Of a stretch of DNA of 64,000 bases, positions 43,524 to 58,405 are shown piece by piece. The stretch's first letter is position 1; each line of letters begins with the position of its first letter. Both the position numbers and the translations under genes were made by a program. Location: contig OZ241364.1 in NCBI GenBank assembly GCA_965200635.1, positions 990,094 through 1,054,093 on the forward strand, given 5' to 3'. The stretch comes from Solirubrobacterales bacterium. Lineage in GTDB: Bacteria; Actinomycetota; Thermoleophilia; Solirubrobacterales; 70-9. The notes under the pieces were generated by a model that was not told the origin of the DNA, did not search any database, and saw only the letters and a program-made list of their open reading frames with translations.

Positions 43524-44867
43524 TCAACCCTTGCCGGAACCTTCCCCCGTCGAGCGGCGGGTCGAAACCGGCCGCCGCGGCCGCCCTCCACGCGCCGGTT
43601 TCGGGTTTGCGACGCGTTTTTTCGGCGCCTTCGGCCGTCCCGTCGTCTGCAGGAACTTCAGGGTCTGGACGTAGACGAGATTCTTGTGCTTGCGGGTGAT
43701 GTCGGCGTCCCGCATCGCCTCGAGGAACTCCGCCGGCCCGTCGAAGTCGTGGATCCGCTGGCGCACGCTGCCCAGTCCCTGCGCCACGTGGGAGTCCGAA
43801 CCGGCGGCCGGGACGATCCGGTACTTGCCCGCGAAGCGCACCGCCTCCTCGTTGAAGGACGTCAGCGCCACGCGCGGGTTGAAGACCTCCAGCAGGTCGA
43901 TCTCCTCGACCATGTCCAGCAGGTGCTCGTAATCGGGCACCGAGTGGAAGCGGTCGAACGGGTGCGGGACGTAGACCAGCCCCCCCTGCTCGCGGATCGC
44001 GGCGACCGTCTCCCCCATCGAGAGCCCCTTCGGGATCTTCTCCTTGAGGAAGAGGCCGATCACCTCGCCCTGCTCGGCGGTCTTCACCTCCTCGGCGACG
44101 ATCACCTTCAGGTCCGGCATCCCGGCCGCGATCTCCGCCGCCTCGAGCGCCCCGGACACCTCGTTGTGGTCGGTGATCGCGATCGCGCCGAGGCCCCGGT
44201 CGCGTGCCGTCTGCAGCAGCACCTCGACCGGCGTCGCGCAGTCGCCGGAGTGGTCGGTGTGCATGTGGAGGTCGACCTCGATCAGCGGGCGCTTGGCCAG
44301 CATCCGCCGCAGCTCCGGGTCCCCGGTCGGGTCGTGGCGCTGCGCCAGCACCCGCCGGTACACCGCTTCGAACTCGTCGGCGACCCTCCCCCAGTCGCGC
44401 CCCACCCCGGTCGGCTCGATCAGCTCATAGTTCGCCGGGAAGTAGTTCTCCAGCAGCTTTCCGGTCGCCGCGCTGGTGACGGTGCGGGCGTCGATCCGGC
44501 CGAAGAAGATCTCCACCAGCGGCCGCGCCACCTGGGTCGAGAGCACCCGCTCCTGCGGGGCGTGGAAGGTCGCCACGTTCAGCGACAGCGAGTGCCGCAG
44601 CGCCGCCGCCGAGACGCTCGGGGCGAACGGCTCGTGCACGTGGACGATGTCGAAGGGCCGCGCGTTCAGCGGCCGCTTGACCGGCTCGGCGCTGCCGATC
44701 CGCACCACCTCGTGCCCGCGCCGTTGGAGCTCCTCGCTCAGGTGAGCGACGAACTCGTTGACCGGTTTGCGGGCAGTCCGCCGGTGCGGCGAGACCTGGG
44801 CGATCGTCAGTGACTGGGGCAAAGGCACTTGCGCAAAGAATAAGAGCCCGCCGAAGCGGGCTCTCAT
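43524..44867 (-). CDS. fusion of a GT-B glycosyltransferase N-terminal half (GT4-like) with a PHP-domain phosphoesterase
   Basis: N-terminus: FVAHLSEELQRRGHEVV...DIVHVHEP. C-terminus: VDLHMHTDHSGD...AITDHN...VPHPFD...GSDSH. Start uncertain. Confidence 0.65.
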   Translation of the reverse strand: MRARFGGLLFFAQVPLPQSLTIAQVSPHRRTARKPVNEFVAHLSEELQRRGHEVVRIGSAEPVKRPLNARPFDIVHVHEPFAPSVSAAALRHSLSLNVATFHAPQERVLSTQVARPLVEIFFGRIDARTVTSAATGKLLENYFPANYELIEPTGVGRDWGRVADEFEAVYRRVLAQRHDPTGDPELRRMLAKRPLIEVDLHMHTDHSGDCATPVEVLLQTARDRGLGAIAITDHNEVSGALEAAEIAAGMPDLKVIVAEEVKTAEQGEVIGLFLKEKIPKGLSMGETVAAIREQGGLVYVPHPFDRFHSVPDYEHLLDMVEEIDLLEVFNPRVALTSFNEEAVRFAGKYRIVPAAGSDSHVAQGLGSVRQRIHDFDGPAEFLEAMRDADITRKHKNLVYVQTLKFLQTTGRPKAPKKRVANPKPARGGRPRRPVSTRRSTGEGSGKG

Positions 44868-44888
44868 CAGGGCTTCTTGTCGGCGGGT

Positions 44889-46043
44889 CTAGTCGACCGA
44901 GCCGGGGACTTCGGTGGCGGCCGCCTCGCGCGCTCCGCGGGCGTTGACCTCGATGAATTCTTCGGTCAGTTCCCGTGCTTCGTCGTCGGGACGCTGCGAG
45001 TGCGGGCTCTTCATCAGGTAGGACGAAGGGCCGTCGAGCTGCCCGGCGATGCCGTTGTTCAGCGCCAGCTTGATCAGGCGCACCGCGTCGATCACGACAC
45101 CGGCCGAGTTCGGCGAGTCCCAGACCTCGAGCTTCAGCTCCGCGGTCAGCGGCACGTCGCCGAAGGCTTTGCCCTCGAGGCGGATGTGGGCCCACTTGCG
45201 GTCGGTCAGCCACGGCACGTAGTCGGAGGGGCCGACGTGGACGTTCTCCGGGGGCAGGTCGTGCCCCATGATCGAGGTGACGGCGTTGGTCTTCGAGATC
45301 TTCTTCGAGTCCAGACGCTCGCGCTCGAGCATGTTGTAGAAGTCCATGTTGCCGCCGACGTTCAGCTGCGAGGTCCGCTCGAGGCGCACGCCGCGGTCGT
45401 GGAACAGGCGGGCGAGCTGGCGGTGGACGATCGTCGCGCCGACCTGGCTCTTGATGTCGTCGCCGATGATCGGCAGGCCGACTTTCTCGAACTGTTTGTC
45501 CCAGTAGTCCTCGCGGGCGATGAACACCGGCAGGCAGTTGACGACGCCGACACCGGCTTTCATCGCCTGTTCGACGTACCACTTGGTCGCGTCCTCGGAG
45601 CCGACCGGCAGATAACAGACGACCACATCGGCCTTCGAGTCTTTAAGGACCTGGACCACGTCGACGGTTTCACCCGGCGCCTTGGTGATTTTCTCTTTCA
45701 GGTACTTGCCGAGGCCGTCGTGGGTCATGCCGCGCTGGACGGTGATGCCGAGGCTCGGCACGTCGGCGAACTTGATCGTGTCGTTCTGCCCCGACCAGAT
45801 CGCCTCGGAGAGGTCTTTGCCGACCTTCTCCTGATCGATGTCGAAGGCGGCGACGAACTCGACGTCACGGACGTGGTAGCCGCCCAGGTCGACGTGCATC
45901 AGACCGGGGACTTCCTCGTTCGGGTCGGCGTTTTTGTAGTACTCGACGCCCTGGATGAAGGAGTTGGCGCAGTTGCCGACTCCGACGATGGCGACGCGGA
46001 CCTTGGTCTCGTCGCGCCCCTGTGCTCCGTTGCTCTCACTCAT
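44889..46043 (-). CDS. ino1: myo-inositol-1-phosphate synthase
   Basis: [21 protein letters not shown]...GPSDYVPWL..., typical actinobacterial Ino1. Confidence 0.9.
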   Translation of the reverse strand: MSESNGAQGRDETKVRVAIVGVGNCANSFIQGVEYYKNADPNEEVPGLMHVDLGGYHVRDVEFVAAFDIDQEKVGKDLSEAIWSGQNDTIKFADVPSLGITVQRGMTHDGLGKYLKEKITKAPGETVDVVQVLKDSKADVVVCYLPVGSEDATKWYVEQAMKAGVGVVNCLPVFIAREDYWDKQFEKVGLPIIGDDIKSQVGATIVHRQLARLFHDRGVRLERTSQLNVGGNMDFYNMLERERLDSKKISKTNAVTSIMGHDLPPENVHVGPSDYVPWLTDRKWAHIRLEGKAFGDVPLTAELKLEVWDSPNSAGVVIDAVRLIKLALNNGIAGQLDGPSSYLMKSPHSQRPDDEARELTEEFIEVNARGAREAAATEVPGSVD

Positions 46044-46137
46044 AAGTTCTCTGGTTCCTCCTCGGAATGGCGCTGAGTTGGAAAGGACACCCGGCACCCG
46101 TCCTGGTTACAGACTTGCAGGCCCTATCGGGCCTCTA

Positions 46138-46821
46138 TTACCCGTCTTCGCCGGTGTCCGCCGCCGCTTCCGCATCGATGCGGGTGAGTTCGTTGCGGAC
46201 GTGCCAGACGCGCTGGAAGACGGTGAAGATCGTCAGCCCGGCGAGGACGTAGATTGCCGGCGCGAGGAGTTCGAAGTCCCCGATTCCGGCGCCCTTGGCG
46301 AAGATCAGGCCGATCGAAAGTAGCACCACGCGGACCGGGCGGGTGGCGATGCCGACCTTGCACTCGACCCCGAGGGCCTCGGCGCGGGCCCGCGTGTAGG
46401 AGACCATCAGCGAGCCGAGCACGGCGACGACGCAGATCGCGGCGGCGAAATCTTCTCCGCGCGAGGCGAAGTAGCCGGCGACGGCGGCGATCACGATTCC
46501 CTCCTCGACCCGGTCGAGGGTCGAATCGAGGAAGGCGCCGAAGAGCGTCCCCTTGCCCGACATCCGCGAGTAGCGGCCGTCCATCGTGTCCATCACCGAG
46601 CCGAGGACGAAGGCGATCCCGGCGAGGAAGAAGAGCCGCTGGGTGACGAGGAAGGCGGCGACGAGGTTGCCGAAGAGCCCCATCACCGAGATCGCGTTCG
46701 GCGTCAGCCGCGACTCGATCAGGCGGTCGCGGGCATAGGAGCGCAGCTCCTGGCTGTTGCGGGGCGGGGCGGGGCGGCCGTTGCCGCCACCGGGTGCCCG
46801 CGGGGGCGCGGTCGATGCCAT
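46138..46821 (-). CDS. pgsA: CDP-alcohol phosphatidyltransferase (phosphatidylinositol-phosphate synthase type)
   Basis: DTMDGRYSRMSGKGTLFGAFLDSTLDRVEE (D-x2-DG-x2-AR...G-x3-D-x3-D). Adjacent to ino1. Confidence 0.82.
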   Translation of the reverse strand: MASTAPPRAPGGGNGRPAPPRNSQELRSYARDRLIESRLTPNAISVMGLFGNLVAAFLVTQRLFFLAGIAFVLGSVMDTMDGRYSRMSGKGTLFGAFLDSTLDRVEEGIVIAAVAGYFASRGEDFAAAICVVAVLGSLMVSYTRARAEALGVECKVGIATRPVRVVLLSIGLIFAKGAGIGDFELLAPAIYVLAGLTIFTVFQRVWHVRNELTRIDAEAAADTGEDG

Positions 46822-46833
46822 CGACCTATGAGG

Positions 46834-47643
46834 CTAGAGGGTCGCGGGACGATCCGCCGGCCGAGATCGCCTCGGGCCCGACGGTCGCCACCCCCACGCT
46901 TCCGGTTTCCAGCGCGCCAGGGCCCCTCTGGCGACCGCGAAGGAGGCGATCGCGACCATCCAGCCGAGGGCCCAGTCGACCCAGTAGTGGTTGGCGGTGA
47001 CGATCACGACCCAGGCGATCAGGATCGGCCAGAAGGCCCAGAAGGCTTTCGCCCACCAGTGCTTGCAGACGGCGAAGGCGCTGCCGCCGATCATCAGGGC
47101 GAAGGCGCAGTGCATGCTCGGCACCGCCGCGTAGGGGTTGATGAAGACCTTGGCGATCGTCGAGTCGTGGTTGACCGACGAGTATTTGACCACCGTGTCG
47201 ACGAAGCCGTCCTGCGGGAAGAGCCGCGGCGGCGCGGTCGGGAAGCCGATGTAGCCGATCAGCGCCAGGCACATCGAGACCACGAACATGTTGCGGACGA
47301 AGTAGTAGGAGTCGTTGCGGAAGAGGTAGAGCCAGATCAGGAAGCCGAGGGCGATCGTGAACTGGGCGTTCAGGTAGAGGAAGTTCGCGATCTCGATCGT
47401 CCAGTGGGCGGGCAGGAAGAACTTCTGCAGGTCGGGCTCGAAGAGCGTGTGGGTCGAGCGCTCGAAGTCGATGATCTGCGAGCCGTGCCGGATCGCGTCG
47501 GTGCGGCTGGAGTCGGCCACGCCGCGGCCGAAGTCGTAGATCAGGTCAACGCCGACGAGGATTCCCAGCTGCCGCCCGGCATCGCCCCAACCCTTGGGCA
47601 TCCAATTCGTGACGGCGGCGAAGGCGCGCGAGGGACTCGGCAT
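46834..47643 (-). CDS. PAP2_C / Aur1-like (inositol-phosphotransferase-like) membrane protein
   Basis: PSMHCAFAL and polytopic topology. The last gene of the run PHP-fusion / ino1 / pgsA / PAP2. Confidence 0.6.
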   Translation of the reverse strand: MPSPSRAFAAVTNWMPKGWGDAGRQLGILVGVDLIYDFGRGVADSSRTDAIRHGSQIIDFERSTHTLFEPDLQKFFLPAHWTIEIANFLYLNAQFTIALGFLIWLYLFRNDSYYFVRNMFVVSMCLALIGYIGFPTAPPRLFPQDGFVDTVVKYSSVNHDSTIAKVFINPYAAVPSMHCAFALMIGGSAFAVCKHWWAKAFWAFWPILIAWVVIVTANHYWVDWALGWMVAIASFAVARGALARWKPEAWGWRPSGPRRSRPADRPATL

Positions 47644-47688
47644 GAAAATTCGATTGTAATCCTGCTGATATCGGGAATCTGAAGAGCG

Positions 47689-48408
47689 ATGGCGAAGACC
47701 TCACCGAAGAAGCGCGCGGAACGACCGCCCTGGCGACGCCCTGACCGGCGGCGCGTGCGGGCGCTGCGCGAACGGCTGCGGGAGATGTACGGGGTGCCGG
47801 TCAACAAGCCGAACCGGCGGCCGATCGACGAGCTGGTCCTGACCGTGCTCTCCCAGCACACCAACGACACCAACAGCGGCCGGGCGTTCAAATTGCTGAA
47901 GGAGCGCTTCCCGACCTGGGACGAGGTGCGCGACGCGCCGGTCGCTGAGGTCGAGGACGCGATCCGGCCGGGCGGTCTGGCGCAGCAGAAGGCGCCGCGG
48001 ATCCAGGCGATCCTGCGCGAGCTCGGGCCGGAGCCGAGCCTCGACTGGACCGAGGACGCGCCGATCGAGGAGTCGCGCGCCTACCTGCTGTCGCTGCCGG
48101 GGGTGGGACGGAAAACCGCCGCCTGCGTCCTGATCTTCAGCTGGGGGCTGCCGGAGATCCCGGTCGACGTCCACATCCACCGGGTCGGAGGACGGCTTGG
48201 GCTCTTCCCCGCCAAGGCCTCGCTGGAGCGCGCCCACGACGAGATGATGGCGATCGTGCCGCCCGAGGACGCCTACGAGCTGCACGTCAACCTGATCCGC
48301 CACGGGCGCACGCTCTGCCGTCCCAAACCGAAGTGCGGGGCCTGCGACCTGCGCCGGATGTGCCCTTGGTACCGGGACCTCGACGCCTCGGCGGATGGCG
48401 CGAGTTAG
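47689..48408 (+). CDS. endonuclease III-like HhH-GPD base-excision glycosylase with 4Fe-4S cluster
   Basis: LLSLPGVGRKTAACVL, VDVHIHRV, CRPKPKCGACDLRRMC. Confidence 0.8.
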   Translation: MAKTSPKKRAERPPWRRPDRRRVRALRERLREMYGVPVNKPNRRPIDELVLTVLSQHTNDTNSGRAFKLLKERFPTWDEVRDAPVAEVEDAIRPGGLAQQKAPRIQAILRELGPEPSLDWTEDAPIEESRAYLLSLPGVGRKTAACVLIFSWGLPEIPVDVHIHRVGGRLGLFPAKASLERAHDEMMAIVPPEDAYELHVNLIRHGRTLCRPKPKCGACDLRRMCPWYRDLDASADGAS

Positions 48409-48426
48409 TATCCGCGCCGCCTCTCC

Positions 48427-48846
48427 ATGAAGAAGAGCACTTTCATCACTTTCGGCCTCACGGTCTTCGTCCTCGCGGTGGTTATCCCGTGGCTCGCGTT
48501 CCGCGGTAGCGGTGACGCCAACACGGGCGCCGAGAAGGTCCCCGCGCACCTGAAGGCGGGCCAGTCCCTGTTCGAGACGAACTGCGGCACCTGCCACACG
48601 CTCTACGCGGCGGGCACCGACGGCAACTACGGCCCGAACCTGGACGAACTCCTCGCCCCCACCGGCCCGCCCGAACCGGGCCCAGCCGGCGAAAAAACCG
48701 CCAAATCGACCGCCGAACGCGTCCTCATCGCGCAGAAACAAGGCGTCGACTCCCAGACCCCCGGCCGCATGCCTCCGGCGATCCTGAACCCAGAGCAGCA
48801 AAAAGTAGTCGCCGAATTCGTCGGCTCCGTCGCCGGCGAGGGCTGA
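48427..48846 (+). CDS. membrane-anchored c-type cytochrome
   Basis: N-terminal TM segment. Haem motif CGTCH. Distal Met in GRMPP. Confidence 0.75.
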   Translation: MKKSTFITFGLTVFVLAVVIPWLAFRGSGDANTGAEKVPAHLKAGQSLFETNCGTCHTLYAAGTDGNYGPNLDELLAPTGPPEPGPAGEKTAKSTAERVLIAQKQGVDSQTPGRMPPAILNPEQQKVVAEFVGSVAGEG

Positions 48847-48859
48847 GTTTCCCGCTCCC

Positions 48860-49259
48860 CCGATTGTTCCGGCCGGACTCCGGGCCGCTCCGGGAGTCCT
48901 AGATTGTGAGGGGTTCGCCAGGAAGTGGGCACAGGTGCGGGCGGAGGTCGGACTTACGTGGGAGGTCCGCCCACAACTGCCTGTGTTCCGTGACGGAGAT
49001 GCCGGGAACGTCACCCCTCCGTGCGTCTTCGTCCTGTTTTCGGGCCTTGAAAAGGGGCCCGAGAACGCGATGGACTTCCCACGCTCTCCGTCCCGACTCG
49101 CGAGTCTCGTCACGTCCTCGTGGGAGGGCGGTGAGCGTTCCGCCGCTCCTCCCGTGACGCGCCCGCGGCGCACGCCCGGAGGCTCCCCGACACTCCTCCC
49201 GCACCCCCGGCCGTGTTCGCCGACAACCCTTGCGTCCCTTACCTCGGGCGCCAGCTTCA
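48860..49259 (-). repeat. composite intergenic repeat IGR-A, copy 3 (reverse orientation; lacks N78 and the CLH hairpin)
   Basis: The reverse complement aligns with copies 1, 2 and 4. The empty N78 site is at about 49069-49072 (GGGAAGTCCA|TCGCGTTCTC). Confidence 0.8.
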
Positions 49260-49331
49260 GACGGCCCCGTCCCTCCAGCTTGACGGGCCGAAAAGCGCTC
49301 TAAATCAGCGGTTTTCGGCCCGTCGACATCG

Positions 49332-50618
49332 TCAGGGGATGAGCTTCAGGGTGCTGAAGAGGCCGGCGTGGTCGGAGTCCCAGAAGGCGTTCTGGGGCTT
49401 GCGGCCGGTCACCGAGCTGTTGAGGAGCTTCACCTGCTTCGGGTCGCGGGTCATGATGTGGTCGACCTTGTGGTCGAACTGGCTCGCGGCGCCTCCATCG
49501 GCGACAGGGAGCAGCGAGGTGGTGAGGCAGCAGCCGAGCGGGTCAGAGGTGGACCGTTCGCGCATGCCGGCCTTGGTCAGCGTTTCGTAGGCCTGGCCGT
49601 CACCCGGCTGGATCGCGGTCTTGGTGTCCGAGTTGAGGTCCCCGACCAGGATCGTCGGCAGCTTGTTGGTCAGCGGGCCGCTCGGCGCCACCAGTTCGGC
49701 CGCCTGCTGAGCCCGGATGCTGGGGACGACCGTCTGCGGGTCGAACGATTCGAGGTGGGTGTCGACGAAGTGGAACGGGGTCGAGCCGTTCACGGTCGCG
49801 TCGACCGAGGCCCAGCCGCGGACCACGGTGACCTTGGCGCCCGAGATTTCCTCGGTGAGCAGGCTCTTGAAGTGACCGGTGCGCGGGTTGGAGGTCTTCA
49901 CTTCTCCCCCGACCTTCGCCAGGATCACGTCGCGCATCGTCAGCCGGCCGTTGATCTCGGCGTTCTTGATCAGCGAGTTGGGGCCGTCGTTCGGCACCCC
50001 GTTCTCGTCGCCGGGGGCTTCGAAGTCGAACTCCGGGTTGACGACCGCCGCCCGGTAGCGCTTCTTGCCTTTGTTGAGCTGCGCCAGCAGTTCGTTGAGG
50101 TAGTCGTAGCGGACCGTTTCGGCGTGCGGTTCGGAGCCGCCGAGCAGGGTTTCGAGGCTCGGCGGGCCGGTGCGCCACTCGGCGACCTCCTGCAGGCCGA
50201 CCAGGTCCGGTTCCTTTTCGAGGATCTCCTTCGCGAGGCCCTTGGCCCGGACCGGGAAGTCGTTCGCGGTGACTTCGTGCAGGATCTGGCCGGTCGCCGC
50301 AGTGAAGGCTTCGACGCCTTTGGCGGAGATCGCCGGGCCGAGATCGGCGCCGAGGTAGATGTTGCGGGTCATCACCTTGATCGCGGTCGGCTTTTCCTTG
50401 GGTGCCTGCTTAGGCTTCGCGTTGGCGTGGCCCGCGACGAGCAGCACCAGGGCCAGCAAGGCGGCACCGAGTAGCGCGGGCGCGATAAGGCGCAGGCGCG
50501 GATGGGCGTGATTCAAGACGTATACCTCCTGTTGTGGCTCTGCCGAGCCGGTTAGAGCGGTGCCTCCCGCCCCCAAGTTACCTCTTGTGGAGTTCCCGAT
50601 TATCTGCCATACTGCCAC
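49332..50618 (-). CDS. secreted endonuclease/exonuclease/phosphatase (EEP) family protein
   Basis: Signal/TM segment LIAPALLGAALLALVLLVAG. VMTRNIYLGADLG. C-terminal WDSDHAGLF. Confidence 0.7.
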   Translation of the reverse strand: MAVWQIIGNSTRGNLGAGGTALTGSAEPQQEVYVLNHAHPRLRLIAPALLGAALLALVLLVAGHANAKPKQAPKEKPTAIKVMTRNIYLGADLGPAISAKGVEAFTAATGQILHEVTANDFPVRAKGLAKEILEKEPDLVGLQEVAEWRTGPPSLETLLGGSEPHAETVRYDYLNELLAQLNKGKKRYRAAVVNPEFDFEAPGDENGVPNDGPNSLIKNAEINGRLTMRDVILAKVGGEVKTSNPRTGHFKSLLTEEISGAKVTVVRGWASVDATVNGSTPFHFVDTHLESFDPQTVVPSIRAQQAAELVAPSGPLTNKLPTILVGDLNSDTKTAIQPGDGQAYETLTKAGMRERSTSDPLGCCLTTSLLPVADGGAASQFDHKVDHIMTRDPKQVKLLNSSVTGRKPQNAFWDSDHAGLFSTLKLIP

Positions 50619-50667
50619 TTAGATTTCTTAGGCATAGTTAACGAAACTCCTGGAGGGAGCAGCAAAA

Positions 50668-52560
<1,893 letters not shown>

Positions 52561-52562
52561 CG

Positions 52563-53108
52563 GTGGACGAGCGACCTGAGATGGAGACCGGCGTGCCCGA
52601 GGGCGCGCCGGTCGAACCGGAGGCCCAGGAGGAGGTCCAGCGCGATCTGGACCAACTCCTCGCGGAGGCAGAGCAGAAACGGGACGAGTACCTCGAACTT
52701 GCCCGCCGGGCGCAGGCCGACTTCGAGAACTACCGCAAGCGGATGGCGGCCGAGGTTCAGGCCGCGGCGCTGCGGGGGAAAGCCGAGATCGCGCGGGGCG
52801 TGGTCCCGGTCCTCGATGACCTGGAGCGGGCGCTGGGGGCGGCCGGGCTCGATCCCGAGGGTGACTCCGACGATCCGCTCGCCCACGGCGTGCTGCTCGT
52901 CTTCCGCAACCTGCGGGAGACGCTGGGCCGCAACGGGGTCGAGGTAGTCGACCCGAAGGGCGAGAAGTTCGACCCGAACTTCGCCGAAGCGCTGTCGACC
53001 GTGACGGTCGAGGGCACCGAGGCGGGCATCGTGGTCGAGGTGATGCAGAAGGGCTACCGATTCGAGGGGCATCTGATCCGCCCCGCGATGGTCGTGGTGG
53101 CCGCATAG
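52563..53108 (+). CDS. grpE: nucleotide exchange factor GrpE
   Basis: ADFENYRKR motif. Sits between dnaK and dnaJ. Confidence 0.9.
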   Translation: MDERPEMETGVPEGAPVEPEAQEEVQRDLDQLLAEAEQKRDEYLELARRAQADFENYRKRMAAEVQAAALRGKAEIARGVVPVLDDLERALGAAGLDPEGDSDDPLAHGVLLVFRNLRETLGRNGVEVVDPKGEKFDPNFAEALSTVTVEGTEAGIVVEVMQKGYRFEGHLIRPAMVVVAA

Positions 53109-53126
53109 GAAGAGACGGGATACGAA

Positions 53127-54263
53127 GTGGCAGACGAGCTCTACAAGACCCTCGGCGTAAAAAAGGACGCGAGCGAGGACGAGATCAAGAAGGCGTACCG
53201 CAAGCTGGCGCGCCAGTACCACCCTGATCGGAACCAAGGCGACAAAGAGGCCGAGGAGAAGTTCAAGGAGGTCTCGGCCGCGCACGACGTCCTCGCCGAT
53301 CCCGAGAAGCGCAAGGAATACGACGCGGGCCCGTCCTTCGGCGGGTTCGGAGGGGCGGGCCAAGGCGGCCCGTTCGGCGGCGGCAATCCCTTCGGGGGAG
53401 GCGGCGGCGCGCAGTCGGGGAGCTTCGGGGCCGATTTCGGCGACATCCTCGGCGGCATCTTCAACCGCGGCGGTGGCGGTGGCCGGGCGCGACCGCAGTC
53501 GGTCCGCGGCCGCGACCTGGAGACCGAAGTCGACCTCGACTTCGATCAGGCGATCAAAGGCACGCAGATCAGCGTCACCGTCCCCAAGCAGGAGCGGTGC
53601 GAGACCTGCCACGGCTCCGGCGCGGCGCCCGGCACCTCGCCGATCATCTGCCCGCGCTGCGAAGGCCGCGGCGTCGACCCGCAGAACCAGGGCTTCTTCT
53701 CGATCAGCCAGCCGTGCCCGCAGTGCGGCGGGGCGGGCGAGATCATCGAGGACCCCTGCCCCACCTGCGGCGGCTCCGGCGTCACCCAGCAGAGCAAGCG
53801 CTACAAGGTGAACATCCCCGCCGGGGTGAAGGACGGCACCCGGATCCGGCTCGCCGGCAAAGGCGAGGCGGGGCCGCGCGGCGGCCCGAACGGCGACCTC
53901 TACGTGACCACGCGGGTGGCCGCGTCCCCGGTCTTCCGCCGGCTCGACGACGGCAACCTCGAGGTGACGGTGCCGATCACGATCCCGGAGGCGGTCCGCG
54001 GCGGGACGATCGAGGTGCCGACGCTCGAGGGCACGAAGAAGATCAAGGTCGCGCCCGGGACCAAACACGGAGCGCTGCAGCGCCTGCGCGGCGAGGGCGC
54101 CCCGAAAGGCAAGGGCAAGGGTCGCGGCGACATCCGCTATCGCCTCGAGATCGAGGTTCCCAAAGACTTGAACGAGGAGCAGCAGAAGGCCGTCGACGAG
54201 CTGGCGGAGGCCCTGAACGGGCACGACCCGCGCGCCGACCTGCTGCGGAAGGCAGGTGCCTGA
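53127..54263 (+). CDS. dnaJ: co-chaperone DnaJ
   Basis: J-domain YHPDRN, G/F region, four CxxCxGxG zinc-finger repeats. Confidence 0.95.
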   Translation: MADELYKTLGVKKDASEDEIKKAYRKLARQYHPDRNQGDKEAEEKFKEVSAAHDVLADPEKRKEYDAGPSFGGFGGAGQGGPFGGGNPFGGGGGAQSGSFGADFGDILGGIFNRGGGGGRARPQSVRGRDLETEVDLDFDQAIKGTQISVTVPKQERCETCHGSGAAPGTSPIICPRCEGRGVDPQNQGFFSISQPCPQCGGAGEIIEDPCPTCGGSGVTQQSKRYKVNIPAGVKDGTRIRLAGKGEAGPRGGPNGDLYVTTRVAASPVFRRLDDGNLEVTVPITIPEAVRGGTIEVPTLEGTKKIKVAPGTKHGALQRLRGEGAPKGKGKGRGDIRYRLEIEVPKDLNEEQQKAVDELAEALNGHDPRADLLRKAGA

Positions 54264-54590
54264 TGCCGCAGTACCGACGCCAGGTGACGAACGTCAGAGC
54301 GACGTTCGACGACGAGCAGGGGGTCTTCATGATCTCCGTCGCCGCCCAACTCGCGGAGATGCACCCGCAGACCCTGCGGATGTATGAGACGCGCGGGTTG
54401 ATCGAACCGAAGCGCTCGCCGAAAAACACCCGCCTCTACAGCCGGCGCGACGTCGAACGACTGCGCCGGATCCAGGAAATGACCGCGCAGGGGCTGAACC
54501 TGATCGGGGTCGAGATCGTCCTGGAACTGGAAGAGCAGGTGGCGAAATTGAAGGGACGAGTGGAAGAACTGGAAGGAAGAGGAGAACCGG

Positions 54591-54604
<14 letters not shown>
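54263..54604 (+). CDS. hspR: MerR-type heat-shock repressor HspR
   Basis: [50 protein letters not shown]. The ATG overlaps the dnaJ TGA. Confidence 0.85.
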
Positions 54605-57182
<2,578 letters not shown>

Positions 57183-57318
57183 CGGCACCCGAGTTATCGA
57201 TGTAACAAATACGTAAAAGTGGGGAGTGGGAGCGCGATCCCGCTCCCCACTTAGGGTTTCAGCGCGATACGCCGAAACAACCTCCCAGAAAGTGCTCTTA
57301 CACTCTGGGAAGAAGAAG

Positions 57319-58401
57319 ATGGACGCGAGCGATCAGAAGCGGCAGCTGATCGACGATCAGACCGAAGGCACCGGGCGCCTGCGGGGAGGCGTCGATACCG
57401 CCCTTGCGGGCGTCGAACGTGTGCGCCTGGCGGTCGAGGACGCGGGCTGGTTCCTGCGCGAGCACTTCGTCTGGCCGGTCGAGGACTCCTTCGATCGCCT
57501 CGGGCGCCGTGGCGCGATCGCCGTGTTCGGCGGTGGCGGCGTCGCGGTCGCCGGAGTCGTCGCGGCGCTAGTGATCGCCGGGTCGGGCGGCTCTGGCTCC
57601 GGCGGTGGGACCACCGAGGCGTTCGTCACCCCGCAGCGCGCCCCGGCCCCCGTGCCGGCGGTGGTGGCCCCCGCGCCGAAGCCGAAGAAGAAGGTGGCAA
57701 AGCCGACCGGCCCCACCCTCCACGGCGCGCCCCCCGACTTCTCCGCCGCGAAGAATGTGCAGGCGGGCGTCGGCGACGGCAAGGCCGTAGGCGGCAAGCA
57801 GGCCGGCGACGGCACCGGCGGAGCTCCCGCCGAGCGCACCGCGAAGGGCGCGAGCGACGCCAACGACGCGACGCCCCCCGCCACCGCGAGCTCGAACGAC
57901 ACGCCTGCCGCGACCGCCAAGATCGGTGCGACTCCCGAGGCGAGCGCCTCGGCGCAGGCACAGGCTTCGAGCCTGGCCACGGCGAGCGGCGCCCACGTCG
58001 CCGAAACCGGTGTCGGGCGAGGCAAGGAAGGCGCGAACGGCACGGCAGCCGACGAGCCCACCGGGCCGCCGGCGCCGAAGGCGGCCAAGAAGGTCGCGCG
58101 GCATTTCGCCGAGGCCTTCGTCGTCTATGAGATCGGCGGAATCGATACGAAAGTCCGCAAGACCTTCGGCCAGACGAGCACGAGACAGCTTTCCCGCTCC
58201 CTCCTCCACCGACCGCCGCGCCAGCCCTCCAGCGTCAAGGTGCCGAAGGCGAAGGTCGTCAACGTCGTCGCCGGGCCGTCGAAGGGCAACGTCTACACCG
58301 TCAGCGTCTCCCTGCTGCGGGTCGGCGTGACCAGCGAGCTGCGGCTCGAAATGGAACAGGGCGTCGGCAAGAAGTGGCAAGTCACGAACGTCCTCGGCTG
58401 A
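57319..58401 (+). CDS. membrane-anchored Ala/Pro-rich hypothetical protein
   Basis: One TM segment (AIAVFGGGGVAVAGVVAALVIAG), a low-complexity linker and a structured C-terminal domain of about 100 aa. Confidence 0.5.
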   Translation: MDASDQKRQLIDDQTEGTGRLRGGVDTALAGVERVRLAVEDAGWFLREHFVWPVEDSFDRLGRRGAIAVFGGGGVAVAGVVAALVIAGSGGSGSGGGTTEAFVTPQRAPAPVPAVVAPAPKPKKKVAKPTGPTLHGAPPDFSAAKNVQAGVGDGKAVGGKQAGDGTGGAPAERTAKGASDANDATPPATASSNDTPAATAKIGATPEASASAQAQASSLATASGAHVAETGVGRGKEGANGTAADEPTGPPAPKAAKKVARHFAEAFVVYEIGGIDTKVRKTFGQTSTRQLSRSLLHRPPRQPSSVKVPKAKVVNVVAGPSKGNVYTVSVSLLRVGVTSELRLEMEQGVGKKWQVTNVLG

Positions 58402-58405
58402 GCTG

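Noticed and set aside
50560-50667. Search for HspR operator (HAIR) or CIRCE elements upstream of dnaK.
   Set aside because: Only weak partial matches were found (CTTGTGGAGTT; direct repeat CTTAG-N5-CTTAG). Nothing comes close to CTTGAGT-N7-ACTCAAG or TTAGCACTC-N9-GAGTGCTAA, so no regulatory site was called.
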